Virus record (IMG/VR): IMGVR_UViG_3300010048_000004
Coordinates: 1-60,295 of that record
DNA length: 60,295 bases
Direction: 5' to 3' (one strand)
Origin: a virus
Taxonomy: Duplodnaviria > Caudoviricetes
Made by a program: the position numbers and the translations under genes. The notes under the pieces are model-generated. The model did not search any database and was not told where the DNA came from. It saw nothing but the letters and a program-made list of their open reading frames with translations. Of the stretch, positions 54,013 to 60,295 are shown one piece after another; position 1 is the first letter of the stretch, and each line of letters opens with the position of its first letter.

Positions 54013-54026
54013 CAAAGGCACGTATC

Positions 54027-55649
54027 ATGGGAATTTCGGCTATCATTGCCTCGATTGCCGATGCTGTTGCGTCGGCTGGCGCTGCGGTTGGTTCTGCCGT
54101 TGCGGCAGGCGCGGGTGAAATTGGTGCCGGGCTTACTGCAGCCGATGCGGCATTGACCGGCGCGGTTGGTTCGACTGCGGCAGGGGCATTGGAGGCGGGC
54201 ACGGCGGGTGCCGCTATCGGTGCCGCAACTGATCCCAAGAAGCCTTTGCAAGGGGCTGAGACGGGATTTCTGACGGGTGCCGGTGGTGCACTTGGTGGTG
54301 CCGTGTTGGGCCCGACAATAGGCGCACTGGGTGGCACTGTGCTTGGTTCTACAGCGGGTGGCACGCTTGCGTCGGCAGCGGAAGGCAAGCCTTTGGCACA
54401 GGGTGCGATTGGCGGTGCTGAGAGTGGATTGGTCACTTCTGCACTCAATACGGCTGCGAGCAATTTTCTTGGTCCAACAGCAACCCCGACATCTGGTGCA
54501 ACGCCAGCAGCAGGTGGCGGTGGTCCATCGGCTGCAGCCTTGGCCGCTCCTACTGGAGTTGCAGCCGCACCGGCTGGAACGGATTTTTCCTATCTCACGC
54601 CGGATGCGACGGTGCCGGGTACAGGTATTTCGCCTTTGACTGGTACACCGACAGCGGCTGGAATTGGCGCGGTTGATGCGACTGGCGCGCCGCTCACGAC
54701 CGCGCCGACGACTCCAGTGGCACCTGCAACGGCTGCAGCAGCACCAACCACACCGGCAACGCCAACCATTACGCCCACCACGGCGGCGGCAACTGATACG
54801 TCACTGCCGACCGCAGTTGGCGCAACGCCAACCACTGGCACCGCTGGTACGCCAAGCACGCAAGCTACTGGTTTGCCGACAGTGGCGCAGATGGGGGCGG
54901 TGGACACAGGAACCGCAACACCGGCTGGTGGAAGTCCGACAGATTTTTCTTATCTCGGTGGGGCTGCGGCTGCGCCAGGACTTGGCAATGCGCAAGTCGC
55001 GCCACAACCAAGCAGCCTAACAAGTCAAACACCAACAGATTTAAGCAGTGTGCCACTGCCTCAAATCGGTTCAATCCCCAGTGCCGGGCCAACAACAACT
55101 TTGGGCAAAGCCATTGCCGATCCAAGTTTATCAAATGTCGGTGATTTTCTCTCTTCCAATGCCGGGATTCTTGGTGCTGCTGGATTGATGGGCGTGAATA
55201 TGCTGAAGGGCAACCAGCAACCGAAGTATGCGCCGCAGGTGGCATCGGCTGCGGCCACTGACACCGCACAAGGTGCGCAGCTTGGCAGCTATTTGACATC
55301 AGGTGTGTTGCCGCCCGGATTGCAAGCGCAGATCGATGCGGCGCGCGAAGCGGCGGACGCTTCAGCACGTCAGCAATATGCAAATATGGGTATCGAGGGA
55401 TCATCATCCCTCGGCCAACAGCTTGGTGGCATCGATATTTCATCAGCGGGACAATCCGCTCAGATTGCCGAAAATCTCCTGCAGCAAGGCATCTCGGAAG
55501 GTCAACTCGGAGCCAGTCTCTATGGTCAATTAATGAATGCCAGCATGCAACAAGACGCGGCACTTTCCAGCAGTATTGGAAATTTTGCTGGTGCGCTGGC
55601 CGGAATGAACAGACCGATCTACACCACGGCGGCAGGGACTACGGCATAA
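54027..55649 (+). CDS. Ejection/pilot protein 1 (Ala/Gly/Thr-rich)
   Basis: Gly-zipper hydrophobic N-terminus; position after the tail genes. Confidence 0.65.
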   Translation: MGISAIIASIADAVASAGAAVGSAVAAGAGEIGAGLTAADAALTGAVGSTAAGALEAGTAGAAIGAATDPKKPLQGAETGFLTGAGGALGGAVLGPTIGALGGTVLGSTAGGTLASAAEGKPLAQGAIGGAESGLVTSALNTAASNFLGPTATPTSGATPAAGGGGPSAAALAAPTGVAAAPAGTDFSYLTPDATVPGTGISPLTGTPTAAGIGAVDATGAPLTTAPTTPVAPATAAAAPTTPATPTITPTTAAATDTSLPTAVGATPTTGTAGTPSTQATGLPTVAQMGAVDTGTATPAGGSPTDFSYLGGAAAAPGLGNAQVAPQPSSLTSQTPTDLSSVPLPQIGSIPSAGPTTTLGKAIADPSLSNVGDFLSSNAGILGAAGLMGVNMLKGNQQPKYAPQVASAAATDTAQGAQLGSYLTSGVLPPGLQAQIDAAREAADASARQQYANMGIEGSSSLGQQLGGIDISSAGQSAQIAENLLQQGISEGQLGASLYGQLMNASMQQDAALSSSIGNFAGALAGMNRPIYTTAAGTTA

Positions 55650-55650
55650 C

Positions 55651-57195
55651 ATGGCAGACCCCGCACTCACGTCCGATCCTGGCCCGCTGGCGGCAAAGAA
55701 GCCACCGCTTACACCAGAGCAGGGTGTTGACCTCAGAGGACAGACCGAGACTGTTGAGGTGACGCCACCCAAGGAAAGCCCGCTTCAACTTTTCGAGCGT
55801 GAAGATGCGGAAGCGGTGGATCGTTATCAGAAACAAATGGAACAGGTGAAGTTGGAGCAGGCACGCAATCCTGAGCCGAAACCATTTGTCGAAAAACCGT
55901 TGCCACAAACTCAATACACCGATCCGATCCAGGCATGGGGATCGTCCGCGATGTTGCTTGCAGGTATCGGTTCATTGATGACTCGCGGCCACATGACAAC
56001 CGCCATGAATGCTGCAGCAAACGTGATGAAGGCTTATCGGCAGAACGATGTGGAAGCTGCCCAGCAGGCGTTCAACGAATGGAAGGCATCCAATGACGAA
56101 GCGCTTAAGGTCCATAATGCAGAGGTGGAACTCTACAAAGCCGCTAATGAGAAGGCTAAGACGGATGCTTCCGAAGCGCGGGCCGACTTTAGCGTTGCCG
56201 CAAAGTTAACCGGTAACCAGATCGCGGCATGGCATGCGCAAAATTCAGATTTGCATGACCGCGAGATGTACACTGTTGCGCTTGACCGATTGGCCGTGGC
56301 GCAAACCAAAGCTGCCGCACAAACCGATGAGTTGAATACTTACCACCAGTATATGGCTTCGGACGAAGCCAAGCAGAAGATGAAGGGAATGAGCCTCCTT
56401 GAGCAGGCGAAATTCAGACATTCGATGATGGTGAAGATTGCTCCAGACCTCACATCGGCCATGGGTTTGTTTAGCGATGATGCCATTCATTATCGTGCCC
56501 AATTGGCGCTTGCAGGTGATTTTGAAGGTGCCTTTGCTGGTGTAGGCCGTGACAAATCCGGTAGTATGACGCGCTCCTTTATCATCGATGATTGGGCCGA
56601 TTTGATGAAGCAAAAGGGCTGGACCGGTGCCGATCAGGCTGCAGCGCATGCTTCATTCCAGGGTATTAAGGCCGGGTATCGCACAGTTTATGTTACTGAG
56701 GCGCGTATTGGCCTTGGCATCGCGGAAATGAAACGTATTGAGCCACAATTGTTAGCGGCGTCAGAAGAATTGAGTCGCACGAATTATCCGTCATTCAATG
56801 CTGTGCTGCAGGCTGCAGAAAAAGAAACCGGCAATGTAGCGCTAAGAAGTTTTGCCAATCGCGTGATGGCGGCAAAGGCTGCATTTTCACAAGCGTTATC
56901 GCGCGGCGGCATGCCGACAGATTCGGTGCGTTCATCTGCGGATGAAATGATGGCAACTAATGATCCGCATGGCGTCACTCAGGCCAGCTTAATTGCGATG
57001 AATGATGAAGCGGAAGCGATCAGGAAAGCACCGGCTGATGTGCGCAAAGAGCTTCAAGAAACATTGCCAACTTCTCCACCGCTTGACGCAGGAGCGCGTG
57101 GACCGGCACGGGCTACCCTCGATGGCAAACCAATTTGGCCGAATGATGAAGGAACCGGTTGGGTTTACCAGGATGGTACTCCGGTGAAACAGTAA
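55651..57195 (+). CDS. Ejection/internal virion protein 2
   Basis: 514 aa, helical, second of three large genes. Confidence 0.65.
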   Translation: MADPALTSDPGPLAAKKPPLTPEQGVDLRGQTETVEVTPPKESPLQLFEREDAEAVDRYQKQMEQVKLEQARNPEPKPFVEKPLPQTQYTDPIQAWGSSAMLLAGIGSLMTRGHMTTAMNAAANVMKAYRQNDVEAAQQAFNEWKASNDEALKVHNAEVELYKAANEKAKTDASEARADFSVAAKLTGNQIAAWHAQNSDLHDREMYTVALDRLAVAQTKAAAQTDELNTYHQYMASDEAKQKMKGMSLLEQAKFRHSMMVKIAPDLTSAMGLFSDDAIHYRAQLALAGDFEGAFAGVGRDKSGSMTRSFIIDDWADLMKQKGWTGADQAAAHASFQGIKAGYRTVYVTEARIGLGIAEMKRIEPQLLAASEELSRTNYPSFNAVLQAAEKETGNVALRSFANRVMAAKAAFSQALSRGGMPTDSVRSSADEMMATNDPHGVTQASLIAMNDEAEAIRKAPADVRKELQETLPTSPPLDAGARGPARATLDGKPIWPNDEGTGWVYQDGTPVKQ

Positions 57196-60100
57196 TGGCC
57201 CTCCCACCTCTTCCATCAGGTGCTGTTCTTGCAGATCAACCGCAGGTACCGCCACCAGAACCAACCAAAACGAAACTTCCTCCATTGCCAGCCGGAGCTA
57301 CGGCTGTACCTGCAGCACCAGCAGCGCCGGTTGCGAAAGCAGACACCGGCCCGATCATCAACATTCCGCCGCCTTCTCAACAGAAAGATACGTTGCTCGA
57401 TACTTCGACTGCCATTGTGCAGGATATGACCGGCACAATGGACGCATCATGGGAGCAGTTGAAAAACGACGCGATGACGGCGTGGGGAACGGACGAAAAC
57501 TCTTACGCCAATAAAGGTTTTTGGGATTTGGCGAAGGTGACTTGGAAGAAACAAGTTGCTGCCGGGATGATCCCTGTCGATGCTTTCAATTTGGTGATGT
57601 CCATTCCTGCCGGGATTATGCGCGGCACCGCTGTAAAGGCTGCAGCACATACTGTTCTTGCGGCGCGCGATTTTTTCAATCTTGGATTGCCGGAAGGCAC
57701 ACCGATCACAAAATACAATCTGTTCACTGGTCAGACCACGACGGACAAATATCACCGCTACACGCAGCAAGAGATGGAAGATGCGGTGAATACCGGGATT
57801 ATGTTCGCTCTGCCGGAGGAGAGTGCACCGCTCCTGGCTGGTGAAGGGCTGGCTGAGCTTGGCAAGCTGGCCGAAGGCGCGCACACGCCACTCGATATTC
57901 GCGGGCCAGGACGGGCGGAGACCGTGGCGCGTCCAGAACGCGAGAGCATGATTGAAAAGGCACAGCGGGAAAACAGAGAAATCGATGCGGCGAAAGCCGC
58001 CAAGGCCGGGCCGCTGACGGCAAAGAAGCCGACCACATTTGATCTTCGTGGCCGTGCTGCGCTTGAGCCAGAGACTGGCCCCGCCGATCTTCGTGGCGGC
58101 ACGCAACCGGCTCCGAAGAAGGGAACGGTTGCCGAAGCCAAGCGCAGGCTTGCCGCTCCGTTCCAGGCCGATGAGCCAGGAACGATTTTCGAGCGCGGTT
58201 ATGCCGCGCGACTGGTCAATCCGGCAGATGAGGACAGCACGTTTGCGCATCTCCTGCAGCGCCCGTTTTATAAGCCGGGCGAGCGCCGCCCATGGCGCAA
58301 TAAGGATCAGGAATGGGCGAGCAGAAAAGTTGGCAAGGCATTTCAACATGATGAAGTAACGCGCGAACGGGCGCTGGAGGAAATAGAACGCAAGGGAAAA
58401 ACTATCAGTGACCTGGGTGAAGAAGCCGTGACCAGTGCTGCGGAGACTGCAGCACTTAGCGGCGAGGGCCGTCGCCTGGGTATGAAATTGGTCAAGCAGC
58501 GTTTGTCTGGCCGCGTTGGCCGCATTGTCGGTGGTGTGCAAAATTATATCAGCAACAGATCATTTTATAACACGATGAAAAATTTCATGCGCTCGCGTTG
58601 GGCGACAGCCAAGCCATTTTTCGATGAAGCATTTGATTTTGGCGGCGGCACACAGGCGTTGATCACTCAGTTCGAAGGACATGTTGCCGATACATCAAGC
58701 AGGCTTACGGAAGCGCGCCAAGCGCGTGCTGCCGCAGACGATGCGGTTGAGGCGTCGAAAACCATGGCGCACCCGGTGCATGAAGAATCGTTAAATACCG
58801 CCAGCAAAAATTTAAGAGCGGCACAAGACGCGGTTTCCGATGCGGAGCGCAATTATCAGTTTGCCACACAGAAAAGTTCCGGCGCTGATCCCATGAATGT
58901 CTATGGCTCAGCCGCGCGGCAACAGGCGATCCGTGAAGCTGAATCTGCGCTTGAAGCTGCGCAAGGCAAGCTCGATGACGCCACTATGGCCCATGAAAAT
59001 GCTCAGCGCCGGTTGAATATGGCGCGTGAAAGCGCAACCAAGGGAGCGGAAGCGGAGCGTGTCGCTGCTCACGAGCGCCTCACGCTTTCTGAAAAGGAAC
59101 ATGAAGCAGCCTGGGCGCGGCTACGCACGGCCCAGCAGCATCAGCGCTTGAATGTGAAAGGCGGCATCTGGTCGCCATTGATCGAACGCCTTCTAAACAA
59201 TGAAAATGTCCAGAAAGGCATTCATCGCGGCATCCAGATCGAAAAAAATCTGGCTGATGCCAGAAACAAGCCGCTCAACATCAAGGAATGGGCTCTGGCG
59301 GAAGAGCCGAAGGGCGATTTCGATATGCGCAATCCGCCCAGGGTGCAACAAGTACCGACGCTCAAATTGATGCATTCGGCGGTTGAAGGTCTCGATGACA
59401 TCCTTGAGGATTCACGTGACAAGCTTACAGGAAAAATTCATCTCAATAAGTTTACCGAGTCGATTATGGAGTTGCGCAGGTCACTCTCCGACGAATTGAA
59501 GCGTCTCACCAGAGAGAGCAATCCGGCTTACGCCAGGGCGCTGGAGATATGGTCAGGGCAATCGCGATTGCTCGATGCGATGTATAAAGGGCTGCGCGGG
59601 TTTTATGAGATTGGTTCCGAAGAACTTAAGGATTATCTGCATGGCGAAGCGCACCCCGAAACCGGCAAGCGTCAGGGCGGTTTGTCAGCCGATGAACGCG
59701 AGGCGTATCGCATCGGTGTGACCAAGGCGATCACCAAGAATGCCCAAAAGGGCCCGGCGCAAGCGTTGCGCGAATCCAAGAACATTGTCGAAAACGAGGA
59801 GATGCAGAAAAAAATGCGTCTCGCGATTGGCGATCCAAAAGCGGCGGATGAATTTATTCGCATGGCGCAGGATGAAGTGGACATGGCCCAGCGCGCTGGT
59901 CCGCAATTTTTCGGTCCACGCACTGCCGGGCGTTTGGTGGGAGAGCAAGAGCTTAGGCGGGTCGATGAAGGCCTTGCCGATGGGGCAGTAAACGCCGTGC
60001 GAACCGGACTGATGTCCTGGCTTAATCCGCATTATATGGGAATGCGTTTTGGGGTGTCGTATCTTGATAGCCTTCTTTCCGAGATGCAGGATTCGCGGCG

Positions 60101-60295
60101 CACGGCAATGGCGCATCTGCTGTTCTCCACCAACAAGGAAGATAATATCAAAGCGATCAATATGATTTTCGATGAGATCGAAGCTGGTGAAGCGGTACCG
60201 CAAATGCATCCCGGCATCAGGAAGCGCAAGGCGATCATTCCAGGCTTCGCTGCGATTGGCAGCAATGTTGCGCCCACCGCTGAGGGGAATGAGCA
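57195..60295 (+). CDS. Ejection/internal virion protein 3 (about 1055 aa, continues through the origin to 190)
   Basis: TAATG coupling; MALPPLPSGAVL start; frame matches at both ends; absent from the ORF track because it has no stop inside the window. Confidence 0.8.
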   Translation, partial: MALPPLPSGAVLADQPQVPPPEPTKTKLPPLPAGATAVPAAPAAPVAKADTGPIINIPPPSQQKDTLLDTSTAIVQDMTGTMDASWEQLKNDAMTAWGTDENSYANKGFWDLAKVTWKKQVAAGMIPVDAFNLVMSIPAGIMRGTAVKAAAHTVLAARDFFNLGLPEGTPITKYNLFTGQTTTDKYHRYTQQEMEDAVNTGIMFALPEESAPLLAGEGLAELGKLAEGAHTPLDIRGPGRAETVARPERESMIEKAQRENREIDAAKAAKAGPLTAKKPTTFDLRGRAALEPETGPADLRGGTQPAPKKGTVAEAKRRLAAPFQADEPGTIFERGYAARLVNPADEDSTFAHLLQRPFYKPGERRPWRNKDQEWASRKVGKAFQHDEVTRERALEEIERKGKTISDLGEEAVTSAAETAALSGEGRRLGMKLVKQRLSGRVGRIVGGVQNYISNRSFYNTMKNFMRSRWATAKPFFDEAFDFGGGTQALITQFEGHVADTSSRLTEARQARAAADDAVEASKTMAHPVHEESLNTASKNLRAAQDAVSDAERNYQFATQKSSGADPMNVYGSAARQQAIREAESALEAAQGKLDDATMAHENAQRRLNMARESATKGAEAERVAAHERLTLSEKEHEAAWARLRTAQQHQRLNVKGGIWSPLIERLLNNENVQKGIHRGIQIEKNLADARNKPLNIKEWALAEEPKGDFDMRNPPRVQQVPTLKLMHSAVEGLDDILEDSRDKLTGKIHLNKFTESIMELRRSLSDELKRLTRESNPAYARALEIWSGQSRLLDAMYKGLRGFYEIGSEELKDYLHGEAHPETGKRQGGLSADEREAYRIGVTKAITKNAQKGPAQALRESKNIVENEEMQKKMRLAIGDPKAADEFIRMAQDEVDMAQRAGPQFFGPRTAGRLVGEQELRRVDEGLADGAVNAVRTGLMSWLNPHYMGMRFGVSYLDSLLSEMQDSRRTAMAHLLFSTNKEDNIKAINMIFDEIEAGEAVPQMHPGIRKRKAIIPGFAAIGSNVAPTAEGNE
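60173..60295 (+). repeat. Terminal direct repeat, right copy
   Basis: Identical to 1-123. Confidence 0.95.

Larger units (their letters stand above)
1..60295. mobile_element. Complete temperate podovirus-like bacteriophage genome (circular assembly)
   Basis: Terminase, portal, capsid, tail and ejection genes, integrase and attP present; terminal 123-bp overlap; no host housekeeping genes. Confidence 0.95.

Noticed and set aside
1-60295. Stop-codon reassignment, introns or inteins
   Set aside because: Core genes are intact at expected lengths under the standard code

Overview
An apparently complete temperate tailed-phage genome assembled as a circle: bases 1-123 are repeated exactly at 60173-60295, giving a unit length of 60172 bp. 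It is podovirus-like and most likely infects an alphaproteobacterium (GcrA homologue, DUF1376 initiator). Modules: tail fibre and membrane genes (187-4979); accessory genes including a YecR-like lipoprotein and a Rap1a-like immunity protein (5.1-9.2 kb); attP carrying the 3' half of tRNA-Asn(GTT) plus a tyrosine integrase (9.5-11.3 kb); a leftward recombination operon; a repressor/cro switch; RusA, GcrA, a DNA methyltransferase and a replication initiator (12.4-24.1 kb); a compositionally distinct minus-strand putative early cassette bounded by unusual non-coding DNA (24.1-29.9 kb); many small accessory genes (30-38.7 kb); and terminase, an inverted portal, capsid, tail and ejection genes (38.8-60.3 kb, the last gene wrapping through the origin). 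Most notable observations: (1) an exact 12-mer ribosome-binding motif shared by four cassette genes recurs in antisense orientation in the loop of a structured intergenic RNA candidate at ~35.8 kb; (2) a GTWC-N7-GTAC operator regulon; (3) a signal-peptide-bearing paralogue of the tail fibre domain; (4) a 10-aa Arg-rich peptide heading the capsid operon; (5) no recognisable endolysin. All family assignments come from motifs recognised by eye, and motif counts are approximate hand counts.
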